The notes: a model not told the origin generated them from the sequence alone. A stretch of 64,000 bases of DNA from Myxococcales bacterium (GCA_020633295.1 JACKDW010000001.1:1213828-1277827), one strand, 5' to 3'; shown: positions 39,400 to 52,099, counted from the first letter of the stretch. Made by a program: numbers and translations.

Positions 39400-40472
39400 G
39401 CCGCGTCCACCTCTCGAGCCTCGTGACCGTCGCGGGCGCCCACACGGTGCCGCAGGCGGCGCTCGGCGAGTCCATGCGCCACCAGCTCGCGCGCCTCCCC
39501 GAGGCCGCGGGCGTGGCCCAGATGATCACCTTCGTCTACGCCCGCTCGGACATCCGCGCGCGTCACCTCGAGCTCGCGCCCGACGAGCTCGAGCGGCGCG
39601 ACGACTGGTACGCGCTCACCAACGAGGCGACCTTCCGCCTCGCCTGCCGGGCGCTCGACGCGGTGCTCGCGGCCGGCGAGCGCGCCGAGACGCTCGACGG
39701 CCTCGTCGTCGTCAGCTCCAGCTACGCCGGCTTCCCCGCGCTGAGCCGGCGCCTGCAGGACCGCTACCGGCTCCCGACCGCCGCGCGCTGCCTCGACCTC
39801 ACCGGCCTCGGCTGCGGCGGCTCGACCCAGGGGCTGGAGCTCGCCGACAGCCTCGTGTCCCGTGGGACATGTAAAAAAGTCGCGCTGATCTGCGTCGACG
39901 TCATGGGCACCTTCGGCGCCGCGCGTCGGCACCTGCGCGCGCCGACGATGTCGCAGCTCGTCGCCCACTGCCTCGCGTCGGACGGCGCCGCGGCGCTCGT
40001 CGTCGAGCGCGAGCCCTCGCCGCGCTGCGTCCTCAGCTACGCGCGCGCGCGCCTGCGCACGCGCCTGTGGCCCGGGACGCTCGCGCTCAACGACCTCACC
40101 GCGGACGCCGACAACCAGCCGCTCATCGCGGTCGGCAAGGACATCCGCGCGCGCCTGCTGCCCGAGGTCGCGCCGCTGCTCGAGCAGCTCGAGCCCGGCC
40201 TGCTCGCGATGCACCCCGGCGGCAAGGCGCTCATGCAGCTGCTGCGCGCGCGCTGCCCCGACCACGCCGACGCGGCCGAGCTCGCCATGGCGACGCTGCG
40301 CGAGCACGGCAACCTCGGCGCCCCCTCGGCGCTGTGGGTCCTGCGGCGCGCGCTGAGCTCCGAGCTCGCGGGCGCGCTCGATCGCGGCGGTCGCTGCCAC
40401 CTGTTCGCGCTCGCGCCCGGCATCGTCACGACCCTGTTGACCCTGGAGGGAGCGCGCAGCCATGCCGCGTGA
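39396..40472 (+). CDS. Type III polyketide synthase (chalcone/stilbene synthase family)
   Basis: GTG 39396 overlapping the ACP stop (GTGA). Active-site Cys context LDLTGLGCGGSTQGLELADSL, His region LAMHPGGKALMQ, and Asn region GNLGAPSALWVL (corresponding to GNMSSA). Confidence 0.8.
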   Translation: MSRVHLSSLVTVAGAHTVPQAALGESMRHQLARLPEAAGVAQMITFVYARSDIRARHLELAPDELERRDDWYALTNEATFRLACRALDAVLAAGERAETLDGLVVVSSSYAGFPALSRRLQDRYRLPTAARCLDLTGLGCGGSTQGLELADSLVSRGTCKKVALICVDVMGTFGAARRHLRAPTMSQLVAHCLASDGAAALVVEREPSPRCVLSYARARLRTRLWPGTLALNDLTADADNQPLIAVGKDIRARLLPEVAPLLEQLEPGLLAMHPGGKALMQLLRARCPDHADAAELAMATLREHGNLGAPSALWVLRRALSSELAGALDRGGRCHLFALAPGIVTTLLTLEGARSHAA

Positions 40473-42668
40473 TCACCACGTCGTCCCCGTCCCCGCCCCC
40501 GCCCCCGCCCCCATCCCCGAGCTCGACGCGCGGGTCCAGGCCGCGCGCGCGGCCCAGCGAGCCTGGGCGCGCGCCGGCGTCGCGCGCCGGCTCGAGGTCC
40601 TGCAGGCCGCCGGCCGCCGCCTCGCGCGGCGCGGCGCGGCGCGCTCGACGAGGCGCTCGCCGCCGACGGCCTCTCGCGCAAGCTCGCCGGCCCCTACGGC
40701 GACTGGGTGTGCGCGCAGGCGGAGCCCGCCCGGCTCGCGCGCTACGCCGCCCAGCTCGTGCGCGAAGAGCCAGGTCCCCGCGGGCCCGAGCTGCTCGTGC
40801 GCCGCCCCGACGGGCTCGTGCTGCTCGTGCCGCCCGGCAACTCGCCGACCATCAACGCCTCGTGCCTGTTCTCGATCCTGCTGCCCGGCAACGCGGTGAT
40901 CGCCCGGGCGCCCGCCCGCGACCGCGGCGTGCGGCTGCTCGTCGAGGACGTGCTCGGCGGCGCCCTGGAGGAGGCCGGGATGGACCGCGCGCTCGCGCAG
41001 GTCCTGACGATCGGCACGCGCCCCTTCCTCGACGCGCTGCTCGGGCGCCCCGAGCCGCGCACGCTCGTGTTCTTCGGCAACACCCGCGTCGGCGAGGCGG
41101 TCGCCGAGCGCTGCCGCGCCGCCGGCAAGAAGGTGGTGCTCGAGCTCGAGGGCAGCGACCACATGATGATCTGGCGCGACGCGCCGCTCGAGCGCGTCGT
41201 CGACAGCGCGCTGCGGGCCTTCGACTTCTCGACCCAGCCCTGCGCCGTGCCCAAGCACCTGCTCGTCCACGGCGCGCGCTTCGACGAGCTCGTCGCGGCG
41301 CTCGAGCGCCGGCTCCCCGAGGTCTCCGTCACGATCGCGCGCGACCCCGAGCGCGGCGTGCTCGCGCCCGTCGCCCGCCGCGAGGACTACTTCGCGTGCC
41401 TCGACGAGGTCGCGCCCGTCGCCGAGCTGCGCGGCGGCGGCCCGATCGACGCCGACGGAGAGCCTGACCCTGAGGGCATCTTCATCGCGCCGACGCTCGC
41501 GCTGCTCGACGCGCAGACCGTGCTCACGCGCCCGCTCCGGCTGTTCGAGGACGAGATCAGCTTCCCGCTGCTCCCGATCGTCCGCTGCGACGGCGCGCGC
41601 GACGAGGACGCGCTCGCGGCCATGCTGAAGATCGTCGGCGGCAGCCCCTTCGGCCTGCGCGCGTCGCTCTGGAGCGAAGACGCGGAGGTCATCGAGCGCT
41701 GCGTCGAGGAGCTCGCGGAGGTCGGGCTGCTCGTCGTCAACGGCGATCACTGCGAGGTGCCCGGCTACGCCTCGCCGTGGGGCGGCCCCGGACGCAGCGG
41801 CGGCCCCGGGGGCGAGAGTCACCTGTTCTGGGAGAAGACCAGCCGCCTGCAGGCGATCACGCTCGACCCCGCGTCGCGTCGCGCCGCGCTCGCGGCCCTC
41901 GGCGTACCAGACCCATCAGACATGTCCCGATCGCCCGCGACGCCCGCGCCGGACGCCGGCGAGCCGCTCACGCTCACGCTGGAGGACGGCGTCGCCACGC
42001 TCACGCTGCGTCGCCCCGCGCGTCACAACGCGGTCAACCCGGCCATGCAGCGCGCGCTGCTCGCGGCCGCGCGCGAGCTGCAGCGACGTCAGCACGAGCT
42101 GCGCTGCGTCGTCATCCGCGGCGCCGGTCGCTCGTTCTGCAGCGGCGCCGATCTGCACGCGCTGCGCGAGCTGGACCCGGACGCCGCGCGCCGCTTCATG
42201 CTCGACGCGACCTGGGCGTTCCGAGCGCTCGAGCGCCTGCCCGCGCCCGTGATCGCGGCGGTCCACGGCTACTGCCTCGGCGGCGGCTTCGAGCTGCTGC
42301 TGCACTGCGACGAGGTCATCGCGGCCGAGAGCGCGCGCCTCGGGCTGCCCGAGGCCAACCTCGGGCTCGTGCCGACCACCGGCGCGATCGCGCGGCTCAT
42401 CGCCAGCGTCGGAGAGCTGCGCGCGCGCGAGCTCGTGATGTCCGCCCGCGCGCTGACGGCCGCCGAGGCCCAGCAGTTCGGGCTCCTCACCCTCGTGGTC
42501 CCGGACGCGGCGCTCGACGACGCCGTGGCCGAGCGCGTGCGCGCGCGCCTCGCCCAGCCCCGCGAGGGGCTCGCCGCGGTCAAGCGCCTGTTCGCCAGCG
42601 GCCGCCGCCACGCGGGCGCGTGGATCCACGAGCTCGAGACCTTTGATGCCCTCACCCGCGGATCGTGA
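40462..42668 (+). CDS. Aldehyde dehydrogenase-like domain fused to an enoyl-CoA hydratase/isomerase (crotonase) domain, interrupted by an apparent frameshift at 40625-40644
   Basis: ATG 40462, with GGAGGGA 9 nt upstream. The ALDH-like N-terminus (ELDARVQAARAAQRAWARAGVARRLEVLQAAGRRLARRG) is in frame 1. The remainder, from about 40640, is in frame 0: ALDEALAADG..., PPGNSPTINASC, catalytic Cys FDFSTQPCAVPKHLLV, then crotonase VVIRGAGRSFCSGADL...AAVHGYCLGGGFELLLHCD. Deleting one CGCGG unit joins the two frames cleanly. Confidence 0.6.
40625..40639. repeat. (CGCGG)3 pentanucleotide tract at the ALDH-ECH frameshift site
   Basis: Direct reading: cgcgg cgcgg cgcgg cgcgc. Confidence 0.8.
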
Positions 42669-43501
42669 TCATGACCTCCGAAACCTCCTCCCCGACCTCC
42701 TCCCCGACCTCCTCCGCAACGCCCTCCTCGACCTCCGACGACGCGGGCGCCCCGACCCGCCTCGCCGGCGAGGTCGCGCTCATCACCGGGGGCTCCCGCG
42801 GGATCGGGCGGGCCATCGCCGTCGAGCTCGGGCGGCTCGGCATGCGCGTCGCGATCAACTACCGCGCCGACGAGGCCGCCGCCGCCGAGGCCGCCGCGCG
42901 CACGCGGGCCGCCGGCGCCCCCGAGGTCCTGCTGCTGCAGGGTGACGTCGCGCGCCCCGAGGTCAACCGCGCGCTCGTCGAGGCCGCGCGCGCGCGGCTC
43001 GGGCCGGTCGACGTGCTCATCAACAACGCCGGCATCCAGCGCGCCCAGCTCGCGCACAAGATGTCCGACGACGACTGGCGCGACGTCATGGCCGTCAACC
43101 TCGACAGCCTGTTCTACTCGGCGCGCGCCGTGCTCCCGGAGATGCTCGAGCGGCGCCGCGGACAGATCCTGCACGTCGCGAGCGCCTCCGCGTTCATGGG
43201 CCAGCGCGGCGCCTGCAGCTACGTCGCCTCCAAGCACGCGGTGATCGGCCTGACGCGCGCGCTCGCGGTCGAGACCGCCGGGCGCGGGATCCGGGTCAAC
43301 GCGATCGCGCCCGGGCTCACGCGCACCGACCTGCTCGCCGACCTCCGCGCGCCGCAGCTCGAGGCGCTGCGCGGCATGGTACCCATGCGTCGGCTCGCGG
43401 CGCCCGAGGAGGTCGCGCGCGCCGCTCGCTTCGTCCTGACCGAAGCGACATACAGCACCGGGAGCGTGCTCCACGTCGGCGGCGGGGTCGTGATGGCGTG
43501 A
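42665..43501 (+). CDS. SDR-family oxidoreductase (3-oxoacyl-ACP reductase FabG-like)
   Basis: GTG 42665 (GTGA overlap with the upstream stop) or ATG 42671. Ser/Thr/Pro-rich N-terminus, then the glycine-rich NAD(P)-binding site VALITGGSRGIGRAIA and a catalytic YxxxK (SYVASKHAV). Confidence 0.85.
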   Translation: MIMTSETSSPTSSPTSSATPSSTSDDAGAPTRLAGEVALITGGSRGIGRAIAVELGRLGMRVAINYRADEAAAAEAAARTRAAGAPEVLLLQGDVARPEVNRALVEAARARLGPVDVLINNAGIQRAQLAHKMSDDDWRDVMAVNLDSLFYSARAVLPEMLERRRGQILHVASASAFMGQRGACSYVASKHAVIGLTRALAVETAGRGIRVNAIAPGLTRTDLLADLRAPQLEALRGMVPMRRLAAPEEVARAARFVLTEATYSTGSVLHVGGGVVMA

Positions 43502-43515
43502 CCCCCGTGCCGCGC

Positions 43516-43881
43516 TCAGCGATCGCGCAGCTCGAGCGCGGACAGCACCGCGAGCACGGCGTGCACCGCCACCGTGATCCAGACGACCGGGGACGTGGTC
43601 CCCGCGAGGCCCGCGCTCGTCTGCACCACCGTCTCGGCCGCGTTGAACGCCGCCGAGGCGACGAGCAGCGCGCGCACCACCTCGGGGGTGTCGAAGTCGC
43701 GCAGCATCAGGTACACCGCGCCGTAGCCGAGCAGCGTCGAGGCGTAGCCGCGCGCGGCGAGCTGACCGCCGACGTCGAGCTCGATCCCGAACAACAGGAA
43801 CACCCACGCGGGCGCGATCAGCCCGAGCACGGCGAAGGGGAGCGTCAGCGCGGCGTTGGCGATGAAGACGGTGCGGGCCAT
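43516..43881 (-). CDS. Small membrane protein
   Basis: ATG (complement) 43879-43881. About four hydrophobic segments (FIANAALTLPFAVLGLIAPAWVFLLF, AVYLML, LLVASAAF, VVWITVAVHAVLAVL). Confidence 0.45.
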   Translation of the reverse strand: MARTVFIANAALTLPFAVLGLIAPAWVFLLFGIELDVGGQLAARGYASTLLGYGAVYLMLRDFDTPEVVRALLVASAAFNAAETVVQTSAGLAGTTSPVVWITVAVHAVLAVLSALELRDR

Positions 43882-44004
43882 GGCGAACTCCAGGAGCGTG
43901 TTGACCGACCCGCAGTCTGCCCGTTCGCGGCGCGCTCCAAAAGCGCCTCGACCGCGCGCGATCACGACGAGCGCGACCTCGTCACCGCGCGCCCGCGTGC
44001 GCGT

Positions 44005-47211
<3,207 letters not shown>

Positions 47212-47218
47212 GCGTGGG

Positions 47219-48169
47219 TTACAGCCCCGCGACGAGCGCCTCGGTGCGCGCCCACAGCTCGGCGGCGAGCTGGCGATCCCGCCCCAGCGCTGACGACTCC
47301 TGGACGTTGCAGTCGTACCAGTACTCGCCCGTCACGCCCGCCGCGTCGGGGTGCGCGGCGACGTAGCACTGCGTCGCCGCCCCCTGCGCCACGCTCTTGA
47401 GCCCGATCGGCCCGGCGAGCGCGAGCGCGAGTCCTGTCCCGATGGGCATGTGCCTCGACAGCCGCGTGTTGATGACGCCCGGGTGCACCGCGTTCGCGGT
47501 CTGCCCCGGGCGCAGGCGCGTCGCCAGCTCCCGCGCGAACAGCAGGTTCGCCAGCTTCGACTGCCCGTAGAAGCGCCACCGGTGGTAGTCGCGACCGCCG
47601 TCGAGGTTGTCGAGCTGCACGCCGCCCGGCGGCGTCTGTGCGTGCGCCGAGCTGCTCACCATGACGACCCGCGCGCGCGCCGTGAGCCGCCCGAGCAGCC
47701 CGGTCACGAGCATGAAGTGGCCGACGTGGTTGGTGAGGAACTGCAGCTCGAGCCCGTGCCGCGTGACCGCGCGCGGCAGCGCCATGATCCCCGCGTTGCC
47801 GAGCACGATGTCGATCGGCAGCTCGAGCCGCAGGAGCCGCTCCAGGCAGGCGCGCACGGACGCCGGCTCGCCGAGGTCGCAGGCGATCGGCGTGAGCGTC
47901 GGGCCGTCGCCGAGCGCCGCGCGCAGCGTCGCGATCGCAGCGCGCGCGCGCGCCTCGTCACGCGCGAGCATCAACACGCGCGCGCCTCGCAGCGCGAGCG
48001 CGCGCGCGCTCTCACGGCCGAGGCCCGAGGTGCTGCCGGTCACGAGCGCGACGCGGCCGCGCAGGTCGACGCCCGCGGTCACCTCCTCGGCCGTCGACGC
48101 GAAGCCGAAGCCGCTCGGCCCGTTGCGCCGGAGCAGCGCGAGCAGGCTGACGCCGCTCAGCCGCCCCAT
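47219..48169 (-). CDS. SDR-family oxidoreductase (retinol-dehydrogenase-like)
   Basis: ATG (complement) at 48169. VALVTGSTSGLGRESA (NAD(P) binding), NAGIMA, and YGQSK (catalytic YxxxK). Confidence 0.8.
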   Translation of the reverse strand: MGRLSGVSLLALLRRNGPSGFGFASTAEEVTAGVDLRGRVALVTGSTSGLGRESARALALRGARVLMLARDEARARAAIATLRAALGDGPTLTPIACDLGEPASVRACLERLLRLELPIDIVLGNAGIMALPRAVTRHGLELQFLTNHVGHFMLVTGLLGRLTARARVVMVSSSAHAQTPPGGVQLDNLDGGRDYHRWRFYGQSKLANLLFARELATRLRPGQTANAVHPGVINTRLSRHMPIGTGLALALAGPIGLKSVAQGAATQCYVAAHPDAAGVTGEYWYDCNVQESSALGRDRQLAAELWARTEALVAGL

Positions 48170-48328
48170 CGCACCAGCTCCTTCCAACATGTCGTTAAAT
48201 GCGCGTACGCGCGCTGCTGATCACGTCGCATGACAGGCGTCCTCCAGCCCGCGCTCGCTCGGCGCGGCTCGCTTTCTTAGGTGCCGCCCGCGGCGTTTCA
48301 ATTGCGACGTGATGTCGAACGAGCGCGC

Positions 48329-50335
48329 TCAGCTCGACAGGCGCGAGATCAGCGCGAACTCGACCTTGCGCCGCTGCATGCTCGCCTCGATCGCCTCGAC
48401 GATCACGCGATCGCCGAGCGTCAGCGTCCGCCCGCTGCGGTCGCCGACCATGCGCACGCCCGACTCGTCGAGCGCGTAGCGCTCGCGCTCGTCCTTCTCG
48501 ATCGAGCCCAGGCGCACGAGCCCGTCGACCGCCGGGTGCTCGATCGCCACGAACACGCCCGCGCTCGACAGCCCCGTGATCACGGCCTCGAAGCGGTCGC
48601 CCAGGCGCTCGCGCATATACGCCGCCGCGTACAGCCGCCGGCTCTCGCGCTCGGCCTGCATCGAGATCCGCTCGCGCTCGCTGCAGCGCGCGGCGTGGGC
48701 CGTGCTGTCGCGCTTGCGCGGCATCGCCGGCACCGGCTCCGGCCCGGCCTCGACGCCCGCGCGCCGCAGGTGCGCCTTGAGCACGCGGTGCACGAGCACG
48801 TCCGGGTAGCGGCGGATCGGCGAGGTGAAGTGCGCGTAGCCGGTGCTCGCGAGCGCGAAGTGACCGAGGTTCTCGGTCCGGTACTCCGCCTGCGCCATCG
48901 CCCGCAGCAAGAGCATGTTGAGCGCGCCGGCGCGCTCCGGGTGCTGCGTCTCGACCGTGTTCAGGAACTTCTGCATCCCCCGCGGCTTGCGCAGACGCTC
49001 CGGGTCCACGCGCACGCCGAGCACCGCGGCCGCGACCGCGAGCTCGCCCAGCTTGTTCTCGTCGGGCCGGTCGTGGACGCGGAACACGAGCGGGAGCTTG
49101 GCCCGCAGGGCGATGCGCGCGACGGCCTCGTTGGCCGCGAGCATGAACTCCTCGATCAGGTTGTAGGCGCGCACGAGCGCCTTCGAGGCGCGCGACGGGA
49201 TGATGTCGCGGATGCGCTCCGGGTCATCCTCGTCGAGCACGATCCGGTTCTCGGGGAGGTTGAGCTCGATCGCGCCGCGCCGCAGCCGGCTCGCGCGCAG
49301 CCGATCAGCCACGCGCCGGAGCACGCGCACGCGCGCCTGCACCTCGTCCGGGAGCTTCGAACGCTGCTCCTCGTCGAGCACGTCCGCGACGAGCCCGTAG
49401 GTCAGGCGCCGGCGGCTGTGGATCACCGCCGCGCGCACGCGCTCCTCGGTCACCGCGCCCGCCGGATCGACGCGCATCGTCGCGACCATCGCCAGGCGGT
49501 CCGCCTCCGGCACCAGCGAGCACATGTGCGAGCTCAGGGCCTCGGGCAGCATCGGGATCGCGCGGTTCGGCAGGTAGGTCGAGAACCCGCGCAGCGACGC
49601 CTCCTTGTCGATCTCGGAGCCGGCGCGCACGTAGTGCGAGACGTCGGCGACGGCGATGTGGATGCGCGCGTCGGCGGTCACCGGGTCGTCGCCGAGCAGC
49701 TCGACGCACACCGCGTCGTCAAAGTCGCGCGCGTCGTCCGGGTCGATCGTCATGAACTCGAGCCCGCGCAGATCGACGCGCCCCTCGAGGTCGCCCGGCA
49801 GCACCTCGCGCGGCACGTCCTGGGCCTCCGCGAGCACCTCGTCGGGGAACTCCGGGTTGATGTCGTTCTCGATCAGGATGCGCTCCTGCTCGGTCGCGAT
49901 CGTGTCGGGCGGCCCGAGCACGCGCTCGACCCGAACGACCATCTGCGGCTGCGCCGGCGTCGGGTAGTCGAGGATGCGCGCGACCACGACCTGGCCGAGC
50001 TCGACGATCCCCGGCTTGCGCGCGTGCAGGACCACGGGATGCAGGATCCGCGGGTCATCGGCCTCGAGCACCCACGCGCGCCCGGCCTGCCGGATCATCC
50101 CGGTCAGCCGCGTGCGGCGGCGCTCGAGCACGGCGACCACCGCCCCCTCAAACCCGCGCTCGACCTCGTAACAATCGACCTCCACGTCGTCGCCGTCGAT
50201 CGCCGTACCCACGGCCTTCGGCGGGATAAACACAGTGCCCTCGCCGTCGTGGCGCTTGGCGAAGGCGTACCCACCCGGGTTCACCTGCAGCCGCGCGACG
50301 ACGGGCCCCTGGGCCTTCGTCTTACTTTCTCTCAC
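48329..50335 (-). CDS. rnr: Ribonuclease R (RNB family 3'-5' exoribonuclease with C-terminal S1 domain)
   Basis: GTG (complement) 50333-50335 with AAGGA 6 nt upstream. RNB motifs FMTIDPDDARDFDDAVCVE and S1-like AVITGLSSAGVFVAIEHP. The antisense 1284-aa + strand ORF was rejected. Confidence 0.9.
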   Translation of the reverse strand: MRESKTKAQGPVVARLQVNPGGYAFAKRHDGEGTVFIPPKAVGTAIDGDDVEVDCYEVERGFEGAVVAVLERRRTRLTGMIRQAGRAWVLEADDPRILHPVVLHARKPGIVELGQVVVARILDYPTPAQPQMVVRVERVLGPPDTIATEQERILIENDINPEFPDEVLAEAQDVPREVLPGDLEGRVDLRGLEFMTIDPDDARDFDDAVCVELLGDDPVTADARIHIAVADVSHYVRAGSEIDKEASLRGFSTYLPNRAIPMLPEALSSHMCSLVPEADRLAMVATMRVDPAGAVTEERVRAAVIHSRRRLTYGLVADVLDEEQRSKLPDEVQARVRVLRRVADRLRASRLRRGAIELNLPENRIVLDEDDPERIRDIIPSRASKALVRAYNLIEEFMLAANEAVARIALRAKLPLVFRVHDRPDENKLGELAVAAAVLGVRVDPERLRKPRGMQKFLNTVETQHPERAGALNMLLLRAMAQAEYRTENLGHFALASTGYAHFTSPIRRYPDVLVHRVLKAHLRRAGVEAGPEPVPAMPRKRDSTAHAARCSERERISMQAERESRRLYAAAYMRERLGDRFEAVITGLSSAGVFVAIEHPAVDGLVRLGSIEKDERERYALDESGVRMVGDRSGRTLTLGDRVIVEAIEASMQRRKVEFALISRLSS

Positions 50336-50413
50336 GATAATCCTTCGAATGTTTCTGCTTCGCGGCGCCGGCGGCCTGGTGGAGCGAGCTTCGGGCGTGA
50401 CGCCTGCGAGAGC

Positions 50414-52099
50414 TCATCGGTCCACCGGCGCGGTCGGGTCCGCGACTGCGCGAAGCATGCCATCATCCGCGCCGAACACAAGCCGCCCGCCTGGAGAAAT
50501 TGCCACGGAGCTGTCGACGTCGGCCGGCAGCTCAATGCGCCAGCGCACGTCGCCCTCGCGCGTGACCGCGTACAGCCGCTCGTCCTGGGCCCCGAAGAAC
50601 AGCGTGCCCTCGGCGTCCAGGACCGGCGTCGACTGAATCGGCGCGCCGAGCTCGAGCGTCCACAACAGCTCACCCGCGCGCGTGAAGGCGTACACGTTGC
50701 CCGCCAGCGTGCTCACGTACACTCGCTCGGTCGGCGCGCGCCGACGCCCAGCCGGGATCCGCGGGTCGATCGCCACGGCCGCGCGCACGGGCGCGCCGAG
50801 CAGCGCCGTCCAGCGGAGCTGCCCGTTCGCGCCCACGGCCACCAGGCGCCCCCCGTCATCGCCGACGTACAGCGTGCCGTCGCCCCCGACCGCCGGCGCG
50901 CTGTCGACGTCGCCGACGAGCTCGACGCGCCAGCGCTCGCGGCCCTCCGGGTCCACGGCGATGAGCCCGGCGCCCTGGGTCCCCACGACGATGTCGCCGC
51001 GCGGCGTGATCACGGGCGCCGCGTAGACGTGCTCGATCTTCGTCGGCGGGAGGTCCTCGGCGGCCTCCTGGTCCTTCGATCCTGTTTTCTTGTTCTTCGT
51101 CGACGTCTTCTTCGTCGACTTCTTCTTCGTCGACTTCTTCTTCGTCGACTTCTTCTTCGTCGACTTCTTCTTCGTCGACTTCTTCTTCGTCGACTTCTTC
51201 GCCGACTTGTTCGATGTCGTCGCCGCCTCCGTCGACTCGTCTCCGTCCGTGGCTCCGTCGGCTCCGTCCTCGGCTCCGCCCTCTGCGACAGCTCCGTCGG
51301 CTCCGTCCTCGGCGCTCGCGTCCGCGGGCGCGCCGTCGAAGCGCCACGCGATCGCGCCGTCTCGCTCGACGCGATAGACCCCGTCCGCGCCCACCACGAG
51401 CGCGCCGTCCACCGCGACCGTCGGGCCGCCGTCGACATCACACCGCACGCCCATCGGGCCGAGCGCGCGCGGGGGATCACAGCGCCCGAGCCGCGTCGAC
51501 CACACGACCGCGCCCGTCCCCACGTCGATCGCGTGGAGCGTGTCCGCGTCGGTGCCGACGTACAGCCGCGCCTCGTCCCCTGGACCCGGGCCGACCGCCG
51601 CCGTGCCCCAGACGACGCCGTCGAGCTGGAGCTCGAGCGCGACGGTCCCGGCGCGCGGGCCCTCGACGACCGCGCACACAAACCGCCCCTGGTGGGCTCC
51701 GACGCACGCGAGCACCTCCTCCTCGACGGTCACGAGCCGCGGCGACGCCGAGATCGCCGCGCCGAGCGAGAGCTCCCATGCGACCGTCGGGGCCGTGCGG
51801 GGACCGCTCGCGGTCGCCGGGTGCGGCAACCCCGGGCCGCCGCGTCGCCAGGCGGGGCCGGGGGACGCGTCGGCGAAGGCCGCCGCGGCTCGCGTCGCGC
51901 CCGGGGACTCGACGACGGCTTCGTCGGCCGGGTTCACGCACGCGCCGCCCTGGCACACCTGCCCCTGCCGACAGTCGGCGTCACGTCGACAGCGCGCCTC
52001 GGGCTCCGTCGTCGTCGCGCTGTCGCGGCACCCGGGGAGCGCGACCAGCAGCAGCCCCGCGCGCAGCCAGGCCCTCGGGGAAATTCCGCGCGTCAGCAC
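50414..52099 (-). CDS. PQQ-like beta-propeller repeat lipoprotein (BamB-like fold) with an internal (KKKST)n low-complexity insert
   Basis: GTG (complement) 52097-52099 preceded by AAGGAG. Signal peptide MLTRGISPRAWLRAGLLLVALPGC. Cys-rich segment CRRDADCRQGQVCQGGAC. Repeated ...LYVGTDADTLHAIDVGTGAVVWS..., ...TLYVGDDGGRLVAVGANGQLRW... blades. The longer ATG 52237 start would leave a 2-bp gap from the divergent gene. Confidence 0.8.
   Translation of the reverse strand: MLTRGISPRAWLRAGLLLVALPGCRDSATTTEPEARCRRDADCRQGQVCQGGACVNPADEAVVESPGATRAAAAFADASPGPAWRRGGPGLPHPATASGPRTAPTVAWELSLGAAISASPRLVTVEEEVLACVGAHQGRFVCAVVEGPRAGTVALELQLDGVVWGTAAVGPGPGDEARLYVGTDADTLHAIDVGTGAVVWSTRLGRCDPPRALGPMGVRCDVDGGPTVAVDGALVVGADGVYRVERDGAIAWRFDGAPADASAEDGADGAVAEGGAEDGADGATDGDESTEAATTSNKSAKKSTKKKSTKKKSTKKKSTKKKSTKKKSTKKTSTKNKKTGSKDQEAAEDLPPTKIEHVYAAPVITPRGDIVVGTQGAGLIAVDPEGRERWRVELVGDVDSAPAVGGDGTLYVGDDGGRLVAVGANGQLRWTALLGAPVRAAVAIDPRIPAGRRRAPTERVYVSTLAGNVYAFTRAGELLWTLELGAPIQSTPVLDAEGTLFFGAQDERLYAVTREGDVRWRIELPADVDSSVAISPGGRLVFGADDGMLRAVADPTAPVDR
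51091..51207. repeat. Perfect 15-bp tandem repeat (tcttcttcgtcgact) x6 (51106-51195) with imperfect flanking copies; encodes (KKKST)n on the minus strand
   Basis: Direct reading. Locally low GC inside a high-GC gene. Confidence 0.9.

Noticed and set aside
43498-44004. Upstream 170 codons of the 1237-aa ORF containing the second kinase
   Set aside because: His/Arg/Glu-rich non-protein-like sequence overlapping a convincing minus-strand membrane-protein gene. The kinase most plausibly starts at ATG 44005.
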